A stretch of DNA of 64,000 bases from Candidatus Pyrohabitans jungbluthii. Lineage in GTDB: Archaea > Hydrothermarchaeota > Hydrothermarchaeia > Hydrothermarchaeales > BMS3B. Below are positions 9,127-17,897 of this stretch, piece after piece. Position numbers and translations under genes: made by a program. Below the pieces are notes generated by a model. It did not search any database. It worked only from the letters and a program-made list of their open reading frames with translations, and was not told the origin of the DNA. The stretch is taken from assembly GCA_002010065.2 (NCBI GenBank), contig MTMD02000002.1, positions 128,001 through 192,000 on the forward strand, given 5' to 3'. Positions within the stretch are counted from its first letter, which is position 1. Each line of letters opens with the position of its first letter.

Positions 9127-9924
9127 CTACTCCTGCTTTGCCTTGAGTTCCTCCACAGTCTTTCGCAGGGCTTCCATTAGGCTCTTAACCTCCTCCTTTT
9201 CCGCCTCCTCCACCACGACGACCTCGCCCGCTAGCTTCTTGTTGATAAGCTCCTGAAGCCTCTCCACGTAGGTATCGCGGTAGCTCGCTAAGTCAAACTC
9301 CCCCGAAAGCGCGTCCACTATCGTCGCCGCCAGCTCCAGCTCCTCCTCAGGGGGCTCCTTTATGCCCTGGAGCTCCTCCATGTCCTGTGGACTTACAACC
9401 TCATGAGGATAGTGCAGCGTCGTCGCGATCAGCGCACCCCTGTAGGGGTGTACCAGTACTGGATATTCTTTAGAGCGGAGCGTAAGCCTGCCCGCCCCAG
9501 CTTTGCCCGTGCGCTGAAGGGTATATAAGAGCAGGGCATACGCCTCCTCGCTCTTATCAGGGGTGAGGATGTAGGAGGTGTGGAAGTATATCGGGTCAAC
9601 GCTGGCAAGGTCAACAAACTTCTCAAGGGCTATCTTCTTACTCGAAGCCGGCTTAATAGCCTCAAGCTCTTCTTCCTCAAAGACCACATACTCACCCTTG
9701 CGCACCTCGTAACCTTTAACTATTTCTTCCAGGGGGACCTCCTCACCGCACTTGCTACACACCCGTTTAAATTTTATTGGCGCGTTGTCTCTGCGGTGAA
9801 GCATGCGGAAGGAGAAGACCTTCTCTCGAATCATGGGGTAGAGCTTTACGGGCACGTTGACCAGGCCCACCGTTATACTCCCGCTCCATATCGCCCGCTT
9901 TGGCGGCTTAGCGCTAAGCTCCAT
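9127..9924 (-). CDS. ku: Ku end-binding protein (prokaryotic NHEJ)
   Basis: RAIWSGSITVGLVNVPVKLY, EIVKGYEV..GEYVV, IDPIY-like VDPIYF, Y.DTY.ERL..LI..K, LMEALRKTV. Confidence 0.96.
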   Translation of the reverse strand: MELSAKPPKRAIWSGSITVGLVNVPVKLYPMIREKVFSFRMLHRRDNAPIKFKRVCSKCGEEVPLEEIVKGYEVRKGEYVVFEEEELEAIKPASSKKIALEKFVDLASVDPIYFHTSYILTPDKSEEAYALLLYTLQRTGKAGAGRLTLRSKEYPVLVHPYRGALIATTLHYPHEVVSPQDMEELQGIKEPPEEELELAATIVDALSGEFDLASYRDTYVERLQELINKKLAGEVVVVEEAEKEEVKSLMEALRKTVEELKAKQE

Positions 9925-10729
9925 ACCTCACCTCCAGCCTCTGAGGCTCAAAGAACCCGCACCAGGGGTCTCCCCTCTCAGGTACAGTATTTATATTCAA
10001 CTCCACAGGTGATAAACCTTTCTCCAGCTCTTCCCAGGCGAGAGGCGTTGAAACCGGCGCCCCTTCCAGGGGGCGCAGTGAGTATGGCGCCGCCATGGTC
10101 TTGCCCACGGCGTTCTGGGCATAGTCTATTTTAACCTCTTTTCTGAGCTTGGCAACGAAGCGCCCAAGCTCGCGCACAAATGCTCGAGTGTCCTTGAAGG
10201 AGTACTCCCTCACAATGGGAATGAGCACATGCAGTCCCCTCTTGCCCGAGGTTTTAACGTAGCTCCTTAACCCAAGCTCCCTCAGCCTGTCGTTAATCAG
10301 AAGCGCCACCTCGCGAGCTTCGGCGAAGCCGGAACCTTGAGCCGGGTCTATGTCTATGAGCACTATATCAGGCTTCTCAAAATCGTCCACCCTTGATAGC
10401 GTGACGTTTATCTCCAAGCTTGCAAGGTTAGCCATCCACAAAAGCGTGTCCAGGTCGTCGCCCACGATGTAGTTAACATAGCGCTTTGCGTGCTCTGAAT
10501 AACGCCTAAATGTTTTCACCCAGCTTGGGGTATGCGAAGGGGCGTCCTTCTCAAAGAAGCCTTTGCCTGCGATGCCATCGGGAAACCGGTGCATAACCAC
10601 AGCTCGCTTCCTAAGGTAGGGCAGCATCTTCGGCGCTACCTTGATGTAGTACTCAATCACCTTCGCTTTGGTAATACCCGGAAAAAGCTCCTTGCTGAGG
10701 TTGGTGAACTTTACCTTAGTCAGCTCCAA
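9914..10729 (-). CDS. NHEJ polymerase/primase module (LigD PolDom, AEP fold), stand-alone
   Basis: TN.SKELFPG.TK, RFPDGI.GKGFFEK, DIDP, KTSGKRGLH, IDYAQN..GKT.AAPYSLR, APVSTPLAWEE; TTG start. Confidence 0.94.
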   Translation of the reverse strand: MELTKVKFTNLSKELFPGITKAKVIEYYIKVAPKMLPYLRKRAVVMHRFPDGIAGKGFFEKDAPSHTPSWVKTFRRYSEHAKRYVNYIVGDDLDTLLWMANLASLEINVTLSRVDDFEKPDIVLIDIDPAQGSGFAEAREVALLINDRLRELGLRSYVKTSGKRGLHVLIPIVREYSFKDTRAFVRELGRFVAKLRKEVKIDYAQNAVGKTMAAPYSLRPLEGAPVSTPLAWEELEKGLSPVELNINTVPERGDPWCGFFEPQRLEVRYGA

Positions 10730-11150
10730 CTTCTATCCCCCTCTCCACTAAAAACTCCCTCGCCGCCTTGAGCACGCGCTTGGCATTGGCATACGTAACC
10801 CTGGCGTATGCCTCCTGGAATGGAAGCCACGCATAGTCCACGTGCTCATAGCTCAGCGTAACCTCGCTGGTTTTAGCCTCCGCCAAGTAGAACACCACCT
10901 CCTTGTATACAAGCTCCCTGCCCGAGCGGTAGAAGTACTCTATCTTCTCCTTGAAGCCGGGGATAATCTCCAGCTCATTTATGCCGGTCTCTTCCTCCGC
11001 CTCCCGGAGAAGCGTTTCAATCTCACTCTCCCCCTCCTCTATATGCCCCTTCACAAAATCCCAGTGGCCTGCGCCGTACTTGAGCAGGAGGTACTCTACC
11101 CTCGAGTTCCTCTTGAATATAACCGCACCCGCACTCTTCTCTCGCCTCAA
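10716..11150 (-). CDS. Nudix hydrolase, Ap4A-hydrolase-like
   Basis: SAGAVIF, YLLLKY.AGHWDFVKGH, Nudix box GHIEEGESEIETLLREAEEETG, SYEH.DYAW; TTG start overlaps PE stop. Confidence 0.9.
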   Translation of the reverse strand: MRREKSAGAVIFKRNSRVEYLLLKYGAGHWDFVKGHIEEGESEIETLLREAEEETGINELEIIPGFKEKIEYFYRSGRELVYKEVVFYLAEAKTSEVTLSYEHVDYAWLPFQEAYARVTYANAKRVLKAAREFLVERGIEVGAD

Positions 11151-11605
11151 TCTTTCTCCTCCTTAGCTTTGAAAAAGAGCCACGCGTTTTCGCCGCCTTT
11201 CTTGAAACGCAGCAGTACGTAGCGTCCCCGCAGCTTCTCGCCCTTTAGGTGAAATACTATCTTCTCATCCTTCCTGCTCTCCAGCTCATAGCTGCCGCGA
11301 TCCCAGATTTTCACCTCACCCGCGCCGTACATACCTTCTGGAATAACCCCCTCGAAGTTTGCGTACTCTAAGGGGTGCTCCTCTGTTTGAATCGCCAGTC
11401 TGCGCACGCCTTGCTCAGTGGGCGGCGGCTTTGGAATCGCCCAGCTTTTGAGCACACCGTCCATAGCCAAGCGAAGGTCATAGTGAAGCCTTCTCGCATG
11501 ATGCTCCTGCACAACAAAGATGTTCTCATGCTTTGCCTTCTCTTTAGGCTCTGGTTCAGGCGTTTTGGAGAAGTCGCGCTTCCGCTGGTATTCTTCAAGG
11601 CTCAT
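11147..11605 (-). CDS. NHEJ 3'-phosphoesterase module (LigD PE), stand-alone
   Basis: LEEYQRKRDFSKTPEP, FVVQEHHARRLHYDLRL, LKSWAIPK, RLAIQTEEHPLEY..FEG.IP.G.YGAG.V.IWD.G. Confidence 0.95.
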   Translation of the reverse strand: MSLEEYQRKRDFSKTPEPEPKEKAKHENIFVVQEHHARRLHYDLRLAMDGVLKSWAIPKPPPTEQGVRRLAIQTEEHPLEYANFEGVIPEGMYGAGEVKIWDRGSYELESRKDEKIVFHLKGEKLRGRYVLLRFKKGGENAWLFFKAKEEKD

Positions 11606-11731
11606 TGGTATTGTTTTGTAAGGATAAAACTTAAGGGTAGCGCTTGTGCGGAGTTGCAAGTTGCGATTAAAGTGGGAGAGGTGAGACTTTAAATAACCCT
11701 TTCGCCCAGTAATAAAATGAGGTGGGTGAAA

Positions 11732-12466
11732 ATGGCAAGAATACTCCAGCGAACGCCTGCAGTATGCGCTTCGATAATAGAGCACTCAGTGGACGAGTTT
11801 TTAAACACAGTGCGTTTAGCCAAGGATGCTGATATAATTGAGCTTCGCGCCGATGGGCTGAAGTTTGAGAGCTCAAGCGAAAGAGCTTACGAAGCCGAGG
11901 TTAAAAGACTTCTCAAAAATGTTCGCCTACAGACGGAACTCCCTATAATCCTAACAATACGAAGCGAAAAGGAGGGTGGAGTTTTTCCTGGTAGCGAGAA
12001 GGACATCGCCCTGTGCTTGAAGGAAGGGCTGAGGCAGGCTGACGCCGTGGATGTGGAGCTGCGCATGAATTTAGAGCTTCGCGACGAGATAATTCAGCTG
12101 GCTAAAAGCAGCGACGTTGATGTTATAGTTTCCTTCCACGACTTTAACGAGACACCAGAAGTGGATACGATGTGCGGAATAATTGAGGAGGAGGTTGATG
12201 CTGGCGCGGATATAGCAAAACTTGCAGTAACCGCAAGATCCAAACGCGACGTGGTGAATCTGCTGAAGGTGACGCAGGAGATGAGCGAGCGCCTTGATGT
12301 GCCAATAGTTACCATTTCCCTTGGCGAGCTTGGGAGGGTTACAAGGATCGCAGCACCTATGCTGGGCTCGGCGATAACCTACGGGTATGTGAATCGCGAA
12401 ACCGCGCCGGGACAGCTCAGTGTTAAGGAGCTGAAGCAGATGCTCTCAGCGTTAGGTGGAGCGTAG
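11732..12466 (+). CDS. aroD: 3-dehydroquinate dehydratase type I
   Basis: ELRAD, TIRSEKEGG, DVEL, SFHDFNETP, DIAKLAV, APGQL. Confidence 0.95.
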   Translation: MARILQRTPAVCASIIEHSVDEFLNTVRLAKDADIIELRADGLKFESSSERAYEAEVKRLLKNVRLQTELPIILTIRSEKEGGVFPGSEKDIALCLKEGLRQADAVDVELRMNLELRDEIIQLAKSSDVDVIVSFHDFNETPEVDTMCGIIEEEVDAGADIAKLAVTARSKRDVVNLLKVTQEMSERLDVPIVTISLGELGRVTRIAAPMLGSAITYGYVNRETAPGQLSVKELKQMLSALGGA

Positions 12467-13330
12467 ATGGTGGACGCAAAGACAAAGGTTTTCGCCGTCA
12501 TTGGCTCCCCAGTGGAGCACAGCCTCTCTCCGCAAATGCACAATGCTAGCTTTGCAGAGCTCAAGCTAAACTGCATATACGTGGCTCACCGCGTGGAAGG
12601 GCATGAGCTCCGCGACGCCATCGCAGGCTTTAAGGCGCTTAAGTACGGGGGCGTTAATGTTACGCTGCCCCACAAGCAAGAGGTTATCCCCTACCTGGAC
12701 GAGGTGAGCGAAGAGGCTAGAGCGATAGGTGCGGTCAACACCATAGAGTTCCGCGAGGGCAAAGCGATAGGGCACAATACCGACGGCGTGGGAGCGCTTA
12801 ACGCGCTAATAGAGGCAGGGGTGGAGCCGAGAGGTAAGCGCGTGCTTATCCTGGGCTCTGGTGGTGCCGCTCGAGCAATAGCCATGACCCTCGCTATTCG
12901 TGGAGGGGTGGCTGGCATCACCCTGCTCGGCAGAACCCAGGCGAAAGTTCTGGCATTGGCGAGAGATGTGGAGCGCGCCGGAAAGGTGAGGGTCAGCGCC
13001 AAGAGCCTCGCTGAAGTAGACCTGCGCAGCACCGTGGAGGAGCACGAGATAGTGATACACGCAACACCTGTAGGCATGCATCCCCGCGCTGAGGAGACGC
13101 TTCTCAGGGCGGAGCATCTCACCTCTCAGCCGGCGGTAATGGATATAGTTTACATCCCCAGAGAAACCCTGCTTCTGAAGGAGGCAAAAAAGGCGGGGTG
13201 CAAGGCTATAGACGGCGTGGGCATGCTGGTTCATCAGGGCGCTGAGGCGGAAAGAATCTGGCTTGGCGTGGAGCCGAGCATTGAAGCCATGCGTAGGGCT
13301 GTGTTAGAGGCACTTGGGGAGGAGGGATAG
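12467..13330 (+). CDS. aroE: Shikimate dehydrogenase
   Basis: HSLSP.MHN, NVTLPHK, GAVNT, NTDG.G, GSGGAARA, ATPVGM, DIVYIP, MLVHQG. Confidence 0.96.
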   Translation: MVDAKTKVFAVIGSPVEHSLSPQMHNASFAELKLNCIYVAHRVEGHELRDAIAGFKALKYGGVNVTLPHKQEVIPYLDEVSEEARAIGAVNTIEFREGKAIGHNTDGVGALNALIEAGVEPRGKRVLILGSGGAARAIAMTLAIRGGVAGITLLGRTQAKVLALARDVERAGKVRVSAKSLAEVDLRSTVEEHEIVIHATPVGMHPRAEETLLRAEHLTSQPAVMDIVYIPRETLLLKEAKKAGCKAIDGVGMLVHQGAEAERIWLGVEPSIEAMRRAVLEALGEEG

Positions 13331-13337
13331 CGAAATC

Positions 13338-14558
13338 ATGCACAGCAAAGAGGCTGTTGCCCACCTTCTCTACTTTATTAAAGAAAAAGACGATGAGATT
13401 AAGAACACCTGGCACGCGATAACACAACTGCTCAAAGAAGGGCGGGAGGAGAGGATTTTTGAGGAGTACAACCAGCTAACTTTGGTGAGAGCCTTTCATG
13501 CCCCGAGGGCGAAAGCCTCTCTCTACATCCGTGGGGATGTGGTTGTGCTCCAGATCCTCATATTATCCCCTGAGGAGGACATAAGTTTATCAAAAAGGCT
13601 GAAAGACGCCGCTTTGGAGGAGATGTCCCTATTTCTCGGCGAGACTGTCATATTTATCTCAGAGGATAAGGAAAAGATAAAGAGGCTATATGGGGGCATT
13701 ACTTGGAGGAAATGTGAACTCTTGCAGGGAGAGCTTTACCTTCTGGAAAGAGAGAAGGACAGGGAGAGCTACCTTCTATTATCTCCTCTGCCGGAGCAGG
13801 ACTTCTTCATTAAATTTGTTTATATTGACCTGCTGAGCAGAAAGATTTCCAGGGAGGCAGAGCTTTTTCTTGAGCAACGGCAGGCAATAAGGCTGAAGAG
13901 GAAGGAGTTTGAAAAAGAGGCTTCACAGCTCCTGGGTGAGAAGTGCTGCGACTTGGAGGCTTTTGAGAAGGTTGTTGAAAAGCTGAGCTTCATCTACATT
14001 GAGCTTGCCCAGTACCTGGAGTGGGTGAGCTCAACAATAACAACACTGAGAGAGGATATACACGAGCTTGAGGAGGAGATTAAGGGCTTGATAACAGGCG
14101 AAGATGAGATTTTTTCAGAGAGACTAAATAGCTACGCCTATGCTCTTGATGTTTTAATGTACGAGAGGGAGAATTTCATCCTAGCTCAGGAAAAGGTGAA
14201 GAACGCCATAGATGTGATTAGAATGAAGATTTCAATTGAAAGGGGCAGAGAGACAATAGAACTTCAGCATGAGAGCATCTCCCTCCAGGTGGCCGCGGGC
14301 TTTATTGAGTTTATTGTTGTGTTCTATTACACCCTCAACTCATGGAAGATTCTCGCAGGAAAAGTCTTCTCTACCCTTTCACCGGGGGTTATTCTGATAA
14401 CTTTGACTGCCTTCTCCTCTTCGGTGGTGCTCTTCACCCATGCGGTTGCCACCGCGCGAAAGGAGAAAAAGAGGTTTACCGCTGAGATGGCAGCCTCGCT
14501 GGGGTTAATTCTCCTCTTCACCTCGCTGATGTTCCTCCTCACCCTCAAAAGCCTTTGA
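13338..14558 (+). CDS. Hypothetical coiled-coil membrane protein with about 3 C-terminal TM helices (DUF3422/CorA-like architecture?)
   Basis: Long helical acidic region followed by hydrophobic C-terminus; LQVAAGFIEFIVVFYY resembles the DUF3422 tail; no GMN motif. Confidence 0.5.
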   Translation: MHSKEAVAHLLYFIKEKDDEIKNTWHAITQLLKEGREERIFEEYNQLTLVRAFHAPRAKASLYIRGDVVVLQILILSPEEDISLSKRLKDAALEEMSLFLGETVIFISEDKEKIKRLYGGITWRKCELLQGELYLLEREKDRESYLLLSPLPEQDFFIKFVYIDLLSRKISREAELFLEQRQAIRLKRKEFEKEASQLLGEKCCDLEAFEKVVEKLSFIYIELAQYLEWVSSTITTLREDIHELEEEIKGLITGEDEIFSERLNSYAYALDVLMYERENFILAQEKVKNAIDVIRMKISIERGRETIELQHESISLQVAAGFIEFIVVFYYTLNSWKILAGKVFSTLSPGVILITLTAFSSSVVLFTHAVATARKEKKRFTAEMAASLGLILLFTSLMFLLTLKSL

Positions 14559-14745
14559 GCAACTTCAGCGTCTTGAGCCTCTCCCTGAGAAGCTGCTCAT
14601 GCCTCTCCTCATCCTTGACCAGCTGCTCAAAGAAAACCTTGGTCTCGGGGTCTTTTGCCTCCTGCGCTGCCCTCCTGTAGCGCTCCTGGGAGGTCTTCTC
14701 GCTCTCTATCGCCTCTTCCACTATACGCAGAAGCTCGTCGCTCAC
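14545..14745 (-). CDS. Small half-rubrerythrin/ferritin-like protein (about 66 aa)
   Basis: AIESEK.SQERY...A.DPE.K.FF..L..DEERH; GTG start after GGTGGT RBS. Confidence 0.8.
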   Translation of the reverse strand: MSDELLRIVEEAIESEKTSQERYRRAAQEAKDPETKVFFEQLVKDEERHEQLLRERLKTLKLLKGF

Positions 14746-14800
14746 GTTACCACCAGGAAACCTTTTCAGAGAAGGCATTGGCTAACATCTTGAAGTGGTC

Positions 14801-15514
14801 TTAAATCTTCACCGTCTCTAAGTCTCCAGGCACGAGTATGCTGTCAAAAATCTCCCTGGCTTTTTCAACTTCCTCTTCGCTGAGCCCGCGGTACAGGTGC
14901 ACCAGCGCCAAAAGCTTAACCTTCGCTTTCTTTGCAAGCTGCGCCGCAAGCACAGGCGAAGAATGCGTGGCAGCACCTCCTCCGTAAGCCTCAGCCACCA
15001 GAAGGTCTGAGCCGGAGGCAAGCTTAGCCAACTCTTCGGTGGGTGCTCCGTCGCCCACGTAGGTTAGCTTCTTCCTCCTCTTAACTGAAATTGCAAGCGC
15101 TGACAGCGAATGCTGTGTTGGTGCAAACTCAAGCTCATAGCCATGCAGCTTAACCTTCTCCCCTGCCTCAACAAAGTTAACCTCATACGGAAGCTCCTCC
15201 AAGCTCTTGCGGTAGGAGAGGTAGAGAAGCTCCTGGGTAACTCTGCTAAGCCCCTCTGGACCGAGAAGGGTTAGAGGCTCCTCTCTGCCATCTTCTCGCG
15301 CTGCAAGAAGAAGCGCTGGCAAGCCCAAAAAGTGGTCGCCGTGGAAATGGCTGATAAACACCAGCTTGATCTTCGCCAGATCCGCGCCAAGCTTTCTGAG
15401 CTGGAGCAGAGCGTGGGGTCCGCAATCCAGGAGAAGCTCGCGGTTTACGAGCAGCGCTGTGTTAGCGCTCGCCCCGAAAGCCTCACCCACGCCGAGAAAA
15501 GCGACCTCCATCAT
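14801..15514 (-). CDS. Metallo-beta-lactamase-fold hydrolase, RNase Z/AtsA-like
   Basis: FLGVG, LDCG, SHFHGDH, GDG, HSS, LVH. Confidence 0.85.
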   Translation of the reverse strand: MMEVAFLGVGEAFGASANTALLVNRELLLDCGPHALLQLRKLGADLAKIKLVFISHFHGDHFLGLPALLLAAREDGREEPLTLLGPEGLSRVTQELLYLSYRKSLEELPYEVNFVEAGEKVKLHGYELEFAPTQHSLSALAISVKRRKKLTYVGDGAPTEELAKLASGSDLLVAEAYGGGAATHSSPVLAAQLAKKAKVKLLALVHLYRGLSEEEVEKAREIFDSILVPGDLETVKI

Positions 15515-15855
15515 TACACCCACACGCTGTCCTCGCCGTGGTAGTTGAGCTTGAGCACAAGCAGCTCAAAAGCTTCGTCGCTTGCCCTGTTGTCCACAGA
15601 ATGTATATCTCCAGGACGGCACACATAAGCTTCTCCCTGCTTAGCTTCGTAAACCTCCTCACCTATTCTCAGCTTTGCCTTTCCACGGAGGATGTAGTAA
15701 AACTCCGTCTGTCGCTTGTGGTAATGCTCCCCCACCGCCTTTCCTGCTGGCACCTGCACAACCTGCACAAGGATGCCTTCTCCAAGCTCTCCCTGAGTGA
15801 GAATGCGCTTTCTGTAATTTCCCCTGTCAATCCAGCCTCTACGCTCGAGTTTCAT
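15514..15855 (-). CDS. Cupin-domain protein
   Basis: HYH..QTEFYYIL.G and PGDIH. Confidence 0.85.
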   Translation of the reverse strand: MKLERRGWIDRGNYRKRILTQGELGEGILVQVVQVPAGKAVGEHYHKRQTEFYYILRGKAKLRIGEEVYEAKQGEAYVCRPGDIHSVDNRASDEAFELLVLKLNYHGEDSVWV

Positions 15856-16925
15856 CTCCCCGATGTTTCTTTGGCTTTTTGTTTAAGTGCATGCTTTATC
15901 GGAGGCGTCATCGTTACTGGCTTCTCTTTTATAAGCCCGTCGGGCTTATAGTATAGGATGAGCAGCATGAGCACCCCAAAGAGAATGTATTCAAGCCACG
16001 TTGCCTCGAAGGGAAGGTGCAGCGTAGACTTTATTTCAAACTTGTAAACAATAAGTAGCACCTTTACAATGACAAAAGAAAACACACCAAGGACAACGCC
16101 TCTGTTATTTCCCATGCCCCCCAGCAGCAGCATGAGGAATGGGAAGAATGTCCAATCAACCCTAAAGAATGTGGAGGCTATGACGTTAACGCTGTAAAGG
16201 GAGTAAAAGGCTCCTGCTATGGCTGCAATAGCAGAGCCCAATGCTACAGTTTTTATCCTCAGCACAAGTATGTTCTTTCCAAAAGCCTTAACCACATCTT
16301 CGTTCTCCCTCATAGCCTTTAAAAGCCTGCCGTAAGGCGAGGTGAGGAGCCTCTCCACAAAGAGGTAGACCAGCAGGGCGATACCCACGCCAAGAAGGGC
16401 AAACGCCAAGAACCTCCTCTCCCCAGGCACGAAGGCGAGCACATCCGGAATACTGACGCCGTAGTATCCTCCTATAATGGAAGTGTTGTAGTTTGAGACC
16501 AGGAATAAAACCTCACTTATTGCGAGGAGGGTTATCGCGAGGTAGTCTTGGCGAAGCTTTGCACTGGGAAGAATAAACAGGGCGCCGGTAACAGCGCCCA
16601 TAAGCGCCGCTATCAATAAACACAAAACAAGAATACCCAGCCCAAGCAGGGGATTTTGTGAGATCATCGCATTTACTGTACTCTTGAGAGTTCCGCTTGT
16701 CTCTATAATTCCTCTCCCCTCGATTCCTAATAGTAGGATGAGAATCCTGTTAACCACTCCTCCAACTGCTATGGCACCAATGAGCACAGCTAAAGCGCGA
16801 CCAAAATTTGGTATCCCGGCATAGCCGTACTCTATGTTAAGGCTCAAAGCCACTATTAGATATATGGAAAACCAGAGGATTATGTCTAGGAGGAGGTACT
16901 CCTGCGCCATGTCATTTTCCTCCAT
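15852..16925 (-). CDS. Branched-chain amino acid-type ABC transporter permease (LivM-like)
   Basis: SLNIEYGYAGIPNFG, DYLAITLL, SPYGRLLKAMRENE, LLGGMGN. Confidence 0.92.
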   Translation of the reverse strand: MEENDMAQEYLLLDIILWFSIYLIVALSLNIEYGYAGIPNFGRALAVLIGAIAVGGVVNRILILLLGIEGRGIIETSGTLKSTVNAMISQNPLLGLGILVLCLLIAALMGAVTGALFILPSAKLRQDYLAITLLAISEVLFLVSNYNTSIIGGYYGVSIPDVLAFVPGERRFLAFALLGVGIALLVYLFVERLLTSPYGRLLKAMRENEDVVKAFGKNILVLRIKTVALGSAIAAIAGAFYSLYSVNVIASTFFRVDWTFFPFLMLLLGGMGNNRGVVLGVFSFVIVKVLLIVYKFEIKSTLHLPFEATWLEYILFGVLMLLILYYKPDGLIKEKPVTMTPPIKHALKQKAKETSGR

Positions 16926-17809
16926 ATATCCAGCCCTGCGATTCCCTTGGGGCTGACTATTAAGGCGATTATAAGTACTATGAGGGAAACAACCTTGCTA
17001 TATAGCAGTATAGAGGGACCCAGTGGCTTTGAAAGGTAGAAGGTTATTAGTGATTCAGACATCCCTATAATATAACCTCCAATCAAGGCTCCGTATATGC
17101 TTCCCAGCCCTCCAACTATGCTTGCGGCAAAGATTGAAACTATTATTATCGCCCCAGTTGCAGGAACAATCTCTTGCCGGAAGGGAAGCAGACTCCCAGC
17201 TACCGCGGCGAGGGAGCCAGAGAGAAACCAAGAAAAGAGGCGGGTGTATTCCACGTTTACCCCCATTATCTCAGCAAGGGCAGGATTTTCCATGGAGGCG
17301 CGCAGAGCAATTCCAAATTTAGTCTTATAAAGGAGTAGAAACAATGCAAAAAGTATAAGGAGAATGACTGCGCTTGAAACCACGAGTATCGCATCCAAGC
17401 CAGCGAGCTTAAAATCCATTGGCGTAAAAATGAACTTTTTTGTTCCCTTGCTGGTTATCCCTGCCAGAGTGTCTGAATATGCTCCCAACACTCCCAAAAG
17501 AATCAAATCTACAGCGAGGGTTGCTATCATCAGCGTGACTACCATTGCCTCCTTTCTAATCATAGGTTTTAGCACTAGGGTATAGATTGCAATTCCAAGG
17601 CCTCCTCCGAGGATAAAGGATACGGGAAGGGAATAGTACGGGTGGATGTTGAAGAGGAGCCAGAGGGATAGGGAGACGAAAGACCCAAAAATTGCCATGC
17701 TTCCCTGAGCAAAATTGGGTACGCCAGTAGTTATGTAAGTGATGGTTAAACCGATGCTGAGAAGAACCAGGAGGTTGGAGTAAACAATCGCTCCTTCCAA
17801 AACAGCCAT
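16886..17809 (-). CDS. Branched-chain amino acid-type ABC transporter permease (LivH-like)
   Basis: IGLTITY...VPNFAQG, TKFGIALRA..EN, FAASIVGGLGSI.GA. Confidence 0.92.
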   Translation of the reverse strand: MAVLEGAIVYSNLLVLLSIGLTITYITTGVPNFAQGSMAIFGSFVSLSLWLLFNIHPYYSLPVSFILGGGLGIAIYTLVLKPMIRKEAMVVTLMIATLAVDLILLGVLGAYSDTLAGITSKGTKKFIFTPMDFKLAGLDAILVVSSAVILLILFALFLLLYKTKFGIALRASMENPALAEIMGVNVEYTRLFSWFLSGSLAAVAGSLLPFRQEIVPATGAIIIVSIFAASIVGGLGSIYGALIGGYIIGMSESLITFYLSKPLGPSILLYSKVVSLIVLIIALIVSPKGIAGLDIWRKMTWRRSTSS

Positions 17810-17897
17810 GGATACCTCATCAACCTTAAAGTTTATATACTTTATCTTAAAACAGAATGATGGAGATTCTAAAAATCTAAAAGAGGAGGTACAGACT

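Noticed and set aside
8179-11605. NHEJ operon as part of a provirus or integrative element
   Set aside because: No integrase, att repeats or structural genes seen; codon style resembles the host flanks.
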